In this document: positions 32,710-43,356 of the stretch, one piece after another
Numbering within the stretch: position 1 is the stretch's first letter
How the letters are laid out: every line of letters begins with the position of its first letter
Assembly (NCBI GenBank): GCA_965248195.1
Contig: CBDFIQ010000002.1
Location: forward strand, 832,001 to 896,000
Direction: 5' to 3'
From: Longimicrobiales bacterium
GTDB taxonomy: Bacteria > Gemmatimonadota > Gemmatimonadetes > Longimicrobiales > Gaopeijiaceae
Length of the DNA: 64,000 bases
Made by a program: the position numbers and the translations under genes
Notes under the pieces: model-generated
What the model was told of the DNA's origin: nothing
Seen by the model: only the letters and a program-made list of their open reading frames with translations
Databases searched by the model: none

Positions 32710-33468
32710 GTGAGTAGCCCGGAGATCATGGATCGGATTGAAGGAGTGCTTCCACCGTATGTCAGGCCCGCTCGCGGCCCCCGCGTCGGTGGTTTGTATT
32801 CGCTGATAGCCAGCGGAACCAAGGTCGGCTCCAGCCGTCGCCGTTTCAACATTCTTTATGCGGGCGCGCGACGGCTGACACGAACGAAGGACACGGACGA
32901 GGCACTGGATAAACTCGAGGGGCACCTGCAGCTATACGTCGCGGAACATGCCCGCCGCAGGGTGTTCGTCCACGCCGGCGTCGTGGGCTGGCGTGGCAGG
33001 GCCATCGTCATCCCGGGGCGCACGATGAGCGGCAAGTCGACTCTGGTCAAGGCATTGGTCGAGGCGGGAGCGACGTACTACTCAGATGAATACGCCGTTC
33101 TTGATAAGCATGGTCGGGTGCATCCCTATGCGAAGGCTCTGTCGATGCGGCAGAACGGGGGTGGACGCCCGAAGAAGGTCCTTCCGGAAGCTTTGGGCGG
33201 AAAAACCGGTGTCAGACCGCTCTCGGTAGGTTTGGTCGTCGCGACCCACTACCAGCCCGATGCTCGCTGGCGACCGCGTCAGCTTTCGCCTGGGCGGGCG
33301 GTGATGGAGCTCTTGGCCCACACCGTCCCCGCCAGACGCGATCCGGAGCGGGTCTTCGCAACGCTGCCTTCGGCCACGGCCGACGCGATGGTGCTAAAGG
33401 GGGCGCGTGGTGAGGCCACCGAAATCGCCGAAGTCCTCTTGGCCCGGTTAACGGAACGGGCGGGCTGA
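32710..33468 (+). CDS. HPr kinase-related P-loop kinase; reading frame open from 32635
   Basis: VHAGVV...IPGRTMSGKSTLV (Walker A)...YYSDEYA, the HprK-type arrangement. Confidence 0.8.
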   Translation: MSSPEIMDRIEGVLPPYVRPARGPRVGGLYSLIASGTKVGSSRRRFNILYAGARRLTRTKDTDEALDKLEGHLQLYVAEHARRRVFVHAGVVGWRGRAIVIPGRTMSGKSTLVKALVEAGATYYSDEYAVLDKHGRVHPYAKALSMRQNGGGRPKKVLPEALGGKTGVRPLSVGLVVATHYQPDARWRPRQLSPGRAVMELLAHTVPARRDPERVFATLPSATADAMVLKGARGEATEIAEVLLARLTERAG

Positions 33469-33504
33469 GGTTCCTGAAAGGGTAGCTCGGACGAGTAAAG
33501 TGGT

Positions 33505-34880
33505 GGTCAAGTCCCGATTTGTGTGTAAAAGCGGAGGAAGCTCCTCGCCTTCGGCTAGGCTGCTTGGGCGACCTCCTGTTTCTGGAGGAGTGAGAGGTCG
33601 AGGTAACGCCGGTCGCCCCAGACGTGTGTGGTCCTGAGTGCGACGGCCGTGATGAGCCTGAGGGCGCTGGCCCGGTCCGGGAAGGCGCCGGCGGCCTTGA
33701 TCCTGCGTTTGATCTCGCCGTGCAGCCGCTCGAGGCTGTTGGTGGTACGCAGCCGGGGCCAGTGCGCCTCGGGGAACGCGTAGAACTGCGTCGCTGCCCC
33801 GAAGCCCCGCTCCAGGACCTCCACGGCCTCGGGCAGCTCCTTCTTCCAGCGTGCGCCGAACTCGCCCAGGAGCTTCTTCGCCTCGGCGAGTCCGGATGTC
33901 TGGAAGATCACCGAGACCTCACGCGCCACGCGCTTGCGTAGGCGGTGGGGGACCCTCGCCCCCACATTACGCTGCAGATGGACCGTACACCTCTGACGGC
34001 GTGCCTCGGGCAGGAAGCGGCGGACCGCAGCTGCCAGGCCTGCGTGCTCATCGGCGATCACGAGCTCGACACCGCCGAGGCCGCGGTCCTGGAGTTGCTC
34101 GAGGAGCTCCGACCAGCTCTGCTGCGACTCCTCAGCGCCCAGCGTGACGGCCAGGAGCCGTCGGTGACCCTCAGGGCCCACTGCATACGCCACGAGCGCA
34201 CTCACGTTCTCGACTTTGCGGGCCCAGCGGGCGTCCAAGAACGTGGCGTCCAGGTACAGATAGGGGTGAGGCCCCTCGATCGGCGCACGGCGCAGCCCTT
34301 CCACGGCCTCGTCGAGCCGTTTTGCCACACGACTCACCGTCGAGCGCCCAACACGCTCGCCCATCAGCGCCTCGGTGACGTCGCCCATCTTGCGCTGTGA
34401 CACGCCGCTCACATACGCCTCGACCATCATCTCGTCGAGCTCGGGGCTCCTGCGCTGGTAGCGGCCGATCACGTCGGCCGGCGAACCGTTGTCCCGGCTC
34501 CGGGGCATGGCGACCTCGATCTGCCCCAGGCTCGTCAGCAGCCGCCTCAGGTATGTGCCGTTCCTATGGTCCTTCCGGCTTCCCACCCGCTCGAAGCGGC
34601 GTGCACCTACCATGGCCTTCAGCTCCTCTTCCAGCACCATCTCGAGCGTCAGCCGGATCGCGCCTTGAAACAGCTCGCGCAAATCATCGCGTAGCTCGTC
34701 TTGCGTGGCCCGACCGATCTCCACAATCTCTTGCATCGGAAGCTCCTCTCCGGTTCCGAGCCTGCTCTGCAGACCCGGACTCCCGGGTTCATGTGACAGT
34801 GAACAACAACAGAGGAGCTTCCGTTTTTCTTTCCCTCCTGTCCAGCTTATCCGCTTTTACACAAATCTAGGGACACTACC
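33505..34880 (-). mobile_element. IS256-family insertion sequence, 1376 bp, copy 2
   Basis: same ends as copy 1; 9-bp TSD TAAAGTGGT (33496-33504, 34881-34889). Confidence 0.95.
33555..34736 (-). CDS. IS256-family transposase
   Basis: identical to 30226-31407 except one R/Q change (ESQRSW vs ESQQSW). Confidence 0.95.
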   Translation of the reverse strand: MQEIVEIGRATQDELRDDLRELFQGAIRLTLEMVLEEELKAMVGARRFERVGSRKDHRNGTYLRRLLTSLGQIEVAMPRSRDNGSPADVIGRYQRRSPELDEMMVEAYVSGVSQRKMGDVTEALMGERVGRSTVSRVAKRLDEAVEGLRRAPIEGPHPYLYLDATFLDARWARKVENVSALVAYAVGPEGHRRLLAVTLGAEESQQSWSELLEQLQDRGLGGVELVIADEHAGLAAAVRRFLPEARRQRCTVHLQRNVGARVPHRLRKRVAREVSVIFQTSGLAEAKKLLGEFGARWKKELPEAVEVLERGFGAATQFYAFPEAHWPRLRTTNSLERLHGEIKRRIKAAGAFPDRASALRLITAVALRTTHVWGDRRYLDLSLLQKQEVAQAA

Positions 34881-34955
34881 TAAAGTGGTTGTGCGCATCG
34901 TATGACTGGTGAATGTTTGTAGTGTCAGCATGCGCCGATTTCGAGTGAGGTACCG

Positions 34956-35501
34956 ATGGAAACGACGAACGCCCTGATGCCTCGTGCGAGGCAAGACGAG
35001 CTGGTTGTCGAACAACTTCCCGACGAAACGTTGGTCTACGACTTGAAGCGCCATAAAGCACATTGCCTAAACCGCACGTCAGCACTCGCCTGGTCACGCT
35101 GCGATGGGCGAACGACTGTGGCCGAGGTAGCCGCGCTGCTGGAGGGGGAATTGAAAATTCCGGCAGACGAGGCAGTGGTGTGGATGGCGCTGGACCGCCT
35201 AGGAAGGGCGCACCTGCTGAAGGACCGGGTGACCTTGCCGGCAGATAGGACCCGGTACTCGCGGCGCGAGGTGCTCCGAACCTTGCGACGGGTTGCTGGG
35301 ATCTCGCTCCTCCTGCCCGTGATCGAATCAATCGTGTCGCCACTCGCGGCGGCACAACAATCTAATTGTGTCGATGTGGACACGTGCGAAAAAGTTATGG
35401 TACCTCCTCAGTGTTACAACCAGATGATCTGTGGGTCTTCGGACGAATGTTGTGGGCCCGAAGGGAACCCGCCCGAGTGTAAGAAACACTCTTGTATCTA
35501 A
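34956..35501 (+). CDS. PqqD-family (RRE) protein fused to a twin-Arg leader-like segment and a Cys-rich C-terminal peptide
   Basis: DETLVYD..HCLNRTSALAWSRCDGRTTVAEV PqqD pattern; SRREVL..LLLPVIESIVSPLAAAQ; 8 Cys in the last 45 aa; GAGG RBS. Confidence 0.85.
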   Translation: METTNALMPRARQDELVVEQLPDETLVYDLKRHKAHCLNRTSALAWSRCDGRTTVAEVAALLEGELKIPADEAVVWMALDRLGRAHLLKDRVTLPADRTRYSRREVLRTLRRVAGISLLLPVIESIVSPLAAAQQSNCVDVDTCEKVMVPPQCYNQMICGSSDECCGPEGNPPECKKHSCI

Positions 35502-35585
35502 CGAATCTGCACCGGTGACATACGTGTAGCGGGATGCCGGCGTTCGCGTTACCGTGACCAGGACCCGGGGGCACGCGGCGAACTA

Positions 35586-36398
35586 GGGCCTGTTAACACT
35601 ATCTGAGGGCTTCGACGATGAGCGCGAAGTGGATGAAGGCGGTAAACATCACGTCGAGCTTGTCAAAGCGGGAGAAGATTCTTCTGAAGCCTTTGAGTCG
35701 CCGAAATAACCGCTCTATTTCGTTACGACGGCGATACATGACTCGGTCATACTGCCACGGGTTAACACGGCCCTGCTTGGGTGGCACGACCGGCGTAAAC
35801 CCCAGCTCCAACACCAATTGCCGTGTTTCGCCCCCCTCGTACGCCCGGTCCATGATCATGGACACTGTGGAATGTACCGGCTTCAACGTGCGTAGCAGTT
35901 CCCGTCCTTCCGGCGCGTCGTGCTTGTGGCCTGGCGATAGCGAGAAGGTTATCGCGGTTCGAGCATCTGCGGCAACCATATGAATCTTGGTGGTCCAGCC
36001 TCCACGCGACTTGCCGATGGCCTGCGGGCCGTTTTTTTTAGAGCGCCGGTGCCATCAGGGTGCACCTTGACGATGGTACTGTCGATCGACAGAGCTTGGA
36101 TCTTGATCCGGATAATTTGCTCGTCTTGCAGGGCCGCAAAGACACGATCCAGCACACCTGCCCTGGCCCAGCGATTCATTCGGGTGTAGATCGTATGCCA
36201 GTTACCGAAACGCGGAGGCAACCCCCGCCATTTGCAGCCGTGTTCGGCCACATACAGGATCGCGTTAAGCACTTCGAGATTGGAGATGCTCACATTGCCG
36301 CGCTGATGCGGAAAGCAAGCCTCTATCCGACGATATTGGGACTCTGTGATTTTCATAGCCCCAATATACTACAAATTGCCCTTAGTGTTAACAGACCC
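35586..36398 (-). mobile_element. IS5-family insertion sequence, 813 bp, copy 2
   Basis: same ORFs and IRs as 311-1123; TA duplication within CTAG. Confidence 0.93.
35599..36356 (-). CDS. IS5-family transposase (frameshifted orfA/orfB)
   Basis: translations identical to 324-1081. Confidence 0.88.
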
Positions 36399-36409
36399 TA
36401 GTAGCAGCA

Positions 36410-37498
36410 GTGCTCGCCGGTGCGTGGCGCCCCACCCCGCCGCCGCTTTCTCTTTCACCCACTGGCCTGGCCGAGATCACGCCGCTGCTTCTCAGGACGG
36501 GATCAGCGGGTCTGGGCTGGTGGCGTGTGCGGTCGTCCGACCTACGGACCAGCTCGGCTGCCCTCCAGCTTCAGCAGGCGTACCGCATTTACATCCTCAA
36601 GGCTGGCGCCCAGGAGCGCCGAATCGTACAGGCGATCACGCTCCTTCGGTCGGCGGGTGTGGAGCCGCTGCTGGTCAAGGGCTGGGCCATCGCTCGACTG
36701 TACCCCGAACGCGGACTGCGACCATACGGAGACATCGACCTGTGTGTTCGGCCGGAACAGTATGCAGTCGCGCTGGCTGTGCTCGCCCCGGAGCCAGAGA
36801 GGGCCAACGTCGATTTGCACGAGGGTTTGAGCCAGCTCCACCGCCCTTCGCTGGATGATGTCTACGAGCGTTCCCAACTGGTACCGCTGTCTGATGTCGA
36901 CGTGCGGATATTGGGACCCGAAGATCATCTCCGCTACATGTGCATACACATGTTGCAGCATGGCGCGCACCGCGCCTTGTGGCTGTGCGACATCGCCGTC
37001 GTGCTGGAATCTCTGCCCGAGGATTTCGACTGGGAGTATTTGCTGCGGGGAGACCGGCGGCACGCGGATTGGGTGGCATCCACCGTGGGTCTGGCACACC
37101 AGCTCCTCGGGGCCCGCCTGGACGGTATTCCCCTGGCTGAGAGGACTAGACACCTGCCCAAATGGCTCCTTCCCTCGGTGCTCAACCAGTGGTCGATGGA
37201 GGAGCATTACATGGACGCAGGGTCGATCGCGTACTCCTTCCGGCGCCCGGCCCAGCTGCTAAAAGCGCTCCGCCTCCGTTGGCCCAATCCGATCCAGGCC
37301 ACGATACGAGTCGGAGGGCCGTTCAATGAACTGCCCAGATGGCCGTTTCAACTGTGGGAGTGTGTATTGAGGACGGTGCATTTCCTTACCCAGGTGCCGA
37401 CGCTGGTCCGAGAGAGATCCTTCCGCCCCGTGAGGGGGTCGGGAACAGGTCCGATAGCTACAGGGGGGAAAAAAAGGGAGGAGGGGATCAAGGAGTAG
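36410..37498 (+). CDS. nucleotidyltransferase family protein (NTP_transf_5-like)
   Basis: LLVKGWAIA..Y....LRPYGDIDLCV, VDLH, WLCDIA. Confidence 0.82.
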   Translation: MLAGAWRPTPPPLSLSPTGLAEITPLLLRTGSAGLGWWRVRSSDLRTSSAALQLQQAYRIYILKAGAQERRIVQAITLLRSAGVEPLLVKGWAIARLYPERGLRPYGDIDLCVRPEQYAVALAVLAPEPERANVDLHEGLSQLHRPSLDDVYERSQLVPLSDVDVRILGPEDHLRYMCIHMLQHGAHRALWLCDIAVVLESLPEDFDWEYLLRGDRRHADWVASTVGLAHQLLGARLDGIPLAERTRHLPKWLLPSVLNQWSMEEHYMDAGSIAYSFRRPAQLLKALRLRWPNPIQATIRVGGPFNELPRWPFQLWECVLRTVHFLTQVPTLVRERSFRPVRGSGTGPIATGGKKREEGIKE

Positions 37499-37597
37499 GA
37501 AGGCCGAATGTTTGACGTCCAATCCGCGCTCCCCTGATAGTCAACCGACCCTTCGGAATCCCCCGTCCGGCGCCGATTTTCAGGGTGTCGAGGCCCG

Positions 37598-37626
37598 TTG
37601 ACACCCCATTAGGCCTCGTTTAACTT
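37598..37626 (+). promoter_or_regulatory. sigma70 promoter of the str operon
   Basis: TTGACA (37598-37603)-17 bp-TAACTT (37621-37626). Confidence 0.7.
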
Positions 37627-37723
37627 TCCTAGTCTGTCCAACGGAGGTGCCGAAGCGTCGGTGGCTCCGGTCGAATTCGCGCTGAGTGGCGCGTTTTTTT
37701 GGTTCATTGACCCCCGGGCTGGT

Positions 37724-38095
37724 ATGCCGACCATCAACCAACTCGTTCGCAAGGGACGTCGCGAGGTTCAGAAGAAGAACAAGTCCCCTGCATTGCAGAA
37801 GAGCCCCCAAAAAAGGGGTGTCTGCACACGGGTGTACACGACCACTCCGAAGAAGCCGAACTCGGCGTTGAGGAAGGTGGCCCGGGTACGTCTGACGAAC
37901 GGGTACGAGGTGACATCGTACATCCCGGGGGAGGGACACAACCTTCAGGAGCACTCGATCGTGCTCATCCGGGGTGGACGGGTGAAGGACCTGCCCGGCG
38001 TACGTTACCACGTGGTGAGGGGTACGCTGGACGCGTCGGGCGTGAGTGATCGTCGGCAGGGACGGTCCAAGTACGGCGCGAAACGGCGTAAATAG
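37724..38095 (+). CDS. rpsL: 30S ribosomal protein S12
   Basis: [31 protein letters not shown]. Confidence 0.99.
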   Translation: MPTINQLVRKGRREVQKKNKSPALQKSPQKRGVCTRVYTTTPKKPNSALRKVARVRLTNGYEVTSYIPGEGHNLQEHSIVLIRGGRVKDLPGVRYHVVRGTLDASGVSDRRQGRSKYGAKRRK

Positions 38096-38105
38096 GGATT
38101 TCAGG

Positions 38106-38576
38106 ATGAGCCGTCGTTCGCGAGCAGTAAAAAGGGAGGTGACTCCCGATCCGAGATACGGATCGACCGAGGTCACGAAGTTCATCAACAATCTCATGGT
38201 CGACGGGAAGAAGTCTCTGGCGGAGAAGATATTTTATGGGGCCCTGACCCTCTGCGAGGAGCGCTCGGGCCAGCCCGGCTTGAACGTATTCACGCAGGCG
38301 CTGACGAATGCCAAGCCTGCGCTCGAGGTCAAGAGTCGCAGGGTTGGTGGTGCCACGTATCAGGTTCCCATCGAGGTTCGACCCGAACGGCGGGGCGCGT
38401 TGGCAAGCCGTTGGCTGATTGGTTTTGCGCGCAGTCGAAGCGAGAAGACGATGGCCGAAAGGCTCGCGTTTGAATTCCTGGCTGCGGCCAAGGGAGAGGG
38501 AGCGACCATCAAGAAAAAGGACGACACGCACCGGATGGCGGAGGCGAACAAGGCGTTCGCCCACTATCGCTGGTAG
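38106..38576 (+). CDS. rpsG: 30S ribosomal protein S7
   Basis: [23 protein letters not shown]. Confidence 0.99.
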   Translation: MSRRSRAVKREVTPDPRYGSTEVTKFINNLMVDGKKSLAEKIFYGALTLCEERSGQPGLNVFTQALTNAKPALEVKSRRVGGATYQVPIEVRPERRGALASRWLIGFARSRSEKTMAERLAFEFLAAAKGEGATIKKKDDTHRMAEANKAFAHYRW

Positions 38577-38822
38577 TCAAAATCCGCTCGGGTCCTGACC
38601 GCCTGTAGTTGCGGTAAGAGGGGACTCCACTTGCTGTCTCGCGCATGAGCGTCGAGGCACGAAGCGCGGAGGCTGCCGGCGGTAGTGAATGCGGCGGCCA
38701 GAGGAAATCGCGCTTCGTGCTTCGAACCGTTCGTGCGTTTTTTACGGCAGGCCACAGGAAATTACGAGACCGACAGGAAACACAAGAAACAAGAGTAGAC
38801 ACGGACCCAATCGAGACAATAG

Positions 38823-40922
<2,100 letters not shown>

Positions 40923-40987
40923 TCTTCCTTTGATGGGGCACTAGGGCCCCGTTTTCCGGAAAAAAATGGAGCCACGAGGAAAGAGCG

Positions 40988-42178
40988 ATGGGCAAAGCGA
41001 AATTTGATCGAACGAAGCCACACGTAAACGTGGGAACGATCGGACACGTGGACCACGGGAAGACGACGCTGACGTCGGCGATCACAGCGACGCAAGCGAA
41101 GAAGTACGGAGGGGACGCGATTTCGTTCGACAACATCGATAAGGCGCCTGAGGAGCGGGAACGCGGGATCACGATTGCGACGGCTCACGTGGAGTACGAG
41201 ACGGAGAACCGTCACTACGCGCACGTGGACTGCCCGGGCCACGCGGACTACGTGAAGAACATGATCACGGGCGCGGCACAGATGGACGGAGCGATCCTGG
41301 TGGTGAGCGCAGCGGACGGCCCGATGCCTCAGACGCGGGAGCACATTTTGCTGGCACGGCAGGTGAACGTGCCGCACGTGGTCGTGTTCCTGAACAAGGT
41401 GGACATGGTGGACGACGAGGAGTTGTTGGAGCTGGTGGAGTTGGAGGTACGGGAGTTGTTGAGCGAGTACGACTTCCCGGGCGACGACACGCCGGTGATC
41501 AAGGGGAGCGCGCTGAAAGCGATGGAAGCGGAGGGCGAGGGTGAGGACGTGGATTGCATCCAGGAGCTGATGGAAGCGATCGACAGCTTCATCCCGGAGC
41601 CGGAGCGGGACGTGGACAAGCCGTTCCTGATGCCCGTGGAGGACGTGTTTTCGATCACGGGTCGGGGGACGGTGGCGACGGGACGGATCGAGCGCGGGAT
41701 CGTGAAGCAGGGAGAGGAAGTAGAGCTGGTGGGGATGGGAGCGGACCGCAAGACGGTGGTGACGGGAGTGGAGATGTTCCGGAAGCTGTTGGACGAGGGG
41801 CGGGCGGGGGACAACGCGGGACTGTTGCTGAGAGGAGTGGGGAAGGACGAGATCGAGCGGGGCCAGGTACTGGCGAAGCCGGGCTCGATCGAGCCACACA
41901 CGAAGTTCAAGGGCGAGGTGTACGTGTTGACGAAGGAAGAGGGAGGGCGCCACACGCCGTTTTTCGACGGGTACCGCCCACAGTTCTACTTTCGGACGAC
42001 GGACGTGACGGGAGCGGCGAAGCTTCCGGAGGGAGTGGAGATGGTGATGCCGGGCGACAACGTGCAGATGGAAGTGGAGCTGATCACGCCGATTGCGATG
42101 GACAACCAGCTACGCTTCGCCATCCGTGAGGGCGGGCGCACGGTGGGCTCGGGCGTGGTGACGGCGATTGTTGAATGA
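40988..42178 (+). CDS. tuf: elongation factor Tu (copy 2)
   Basis: protein identical to copy 1. Confidence 0.99.
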   Translation: MGKAKFDRTKPHVNVGTIGHVDHGKTTLTSAITATQAKKYGGDAISFDNIDKAPEERERGITIATAHVEYETENRHYAHVDCPGHADYVKNMITGAAQMDGAILVVSAADGPMPQTREHILLARQVNVPHVVVFLNKVDMVDDEELLELVELEVRELLSEYDFPGDDTPVIKGSALKAMEAEGEGEDVDCIQELMEAIDSFIPEPERDVDKPFLMPVEDVFSITGRGTVATGRIERGIVKQGEEVELVGMGADRKTVVTGVEMFRKLLDEGRAGDNAGLLLRGVGKDEIERGQVLAKPGSIEPHTKFKGEVYVLTKEEGGRHTPFFDGYRPQFYFRTTDVTGAAKLPEGVEMVMPGDNVQMEVELITPIAMDNQLRFAIREGGRTVGSGVVTAIVE

Positions 42179-42190
42179 GGCGAGTGATAA

Positions 42191-42275
42191 CAAGACGAAA
42201 TCGGTAGCAAGACGAAATCAGTAACAAAACGAAAGCAGGAGCGACACGAAAGCAGCAGCAACCTGCAAGAAGCAG
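42191..42275 (+). repeat. degenerate 17-nt tandem repeat x4-5 in the tuf-rpsJ intergenic region
   Basis: CAAGACGAAATCGGTAG, CAAGACGAAATCAGTAA, CAAAACGAAAGCAGGAG, CGACACGAAAGCAGCAG, (CAACCTGCAAGAAGCAG). Confidence 0.8.
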
Positions 42276-42396
42276 ATGATGCGAAGACCGGGACCGGTTC
42301 CGGTCACGCGAGGTCCACCGGAATGCTAGCTCAACCGCCGCGGGCCTCAGCAAAAGAGCTCGCGGGGCCCACCGGCCCCGTAAAAGAGAGGAAGAC

Positions 42397-42732
42397 GTGG
42401 ACAGAATTCGGATTAGACTCAAGGCCTTCGACCATTGGCTCGTGGACCAGACTGCGGGCGACATTGTGCGGACGGCACAGAAGACCGGCGCCACGGTGCG
42501 TGGTCCGATTCCTCTGCCGACGCGGCGGGAGAGATGGACGGTCCTCAAGTCGCCCCACATCGACAAGAAAAGCCGGGAGCAGTTCGAACTCAGAACGCAC
42601 AAGCGCCTGATCGACATCGTAGATAGCCGCCCGCAGACCGTTGATGCGCTTACCAAGCTCGATCTGCCGGCCGGTGTGGATGTCGAAATCAAGGTCGATT
42701 ATCGAACAGTGTTGGATAGTGAACAGGGCTGA
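42397..42732 (+). CDS. rpsJ: 30S ribosomal protein S10
   Basis: [23 protein letters not shown]. Confidence 0.98.
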   Translation: MDRIRIRLKAFDHWLVDQTAGDIVRTAQKTGATVRGPIPLPTRRERWTVLKSPHIDKKSREQFELRTHKRLIDIVDSRPQTVDALTKLDLPAGVDVEIKVDYRTVLDSEQG

Positions 42733-42735
42733 GTG

Positions 42736-43353
42736 ATGGCTGGAATAATCGGAAAAAAAGTCGGCATGACCCGGATCTTCGATGACGGAGGCGCCGCGGT
42801 TCCCGTGACCGTCGTGGAGGCAGGGCCATGCCCCGTGCTTCAGGTCAAGAACGAGGAGACCGACGGTTACACCGCCGTCCAGTTGGGTTTTGGGGTCCAG
42901 AAGGACAAGCAAGCGAGCAAGGCCGAAAAGGGGCATGCCGCCAAGGCGGGCGTCGAAGGAGCTCCTCGTCTCGTTCGGGAGTTCGAACTCTCAGACGGTG
43001 ATGAGTATGAGATCGGGCAAGCGATCACCGTCGATGTGTTCGAGGCCGGTGACCAGGTGAGAGTGACGGGAACCACGAAGGGAAAGGGCTTTCAGGGTGT
43101 GGTGAAGCGCTGGGGCTTCGCGGGCCGTCCCGCGTCGCATGGGCATCCGATGTCCCGAACCCCCGGGTCGATGGGACCCGGTACCGATCCGTCCAGGGTG
43201 ATCAAGGGCAAGAAACTTCCGGGCCGTATGGGTGGTGTTCGTGCCACCATAGGTAATTTGAAGGTCGTGAGAGTGGACCTAGAGCGGAATCTCCTTTTCA
43301 TCAAGGGTGGGGTGCCGGGGTCCAGAAACAGCTATCTGTTGATCCAGAAGTGA
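42736..43353 (+). CDS. rplC: 50S ribosomal protein L3
   Basis: GKKVGMT, KGKGFQGVVKR. Confidence 0.98.
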   Translation: MAGIIGKKVGMTRIFDDGGAAVPVTVVEAGPCPVLQVKNEETDGYTAVQLGFGVQKDKQASKAEKGHAAKAGVEGAPRLVREFELSDGDEYEIGQAITVDVFEAGDQVRVTGTTKGKGFQGVVKRWGFAGRPASHGHPMSRTPGSMGPGTDPSRVIKGKKLPGRMGGVRATIGNLKVVRVDLERNLLFIKGGVPGSRNSYLLIQK

Positions 43354-43356
43354 CGC

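Noticed and set aside
30176..34880. Composite transposon formed by the two IS256 copies
   Set aside because: Each copy has its own distinct 9-bp TSD, so they are independent insertions.
32542..37498. Lasso peptide or PQQ biosynthesis cluster
   Set aside because: No asparagine-synthetase-like cyclase, B2 peptidase or PqqB/C/E, and no lasso- or PqqA-type precursor seen.
42191..42275. CRISPR array
   Set aside because: Repeats are adjacent 17-mers without spacers, degenerate, and no cas genes are present.
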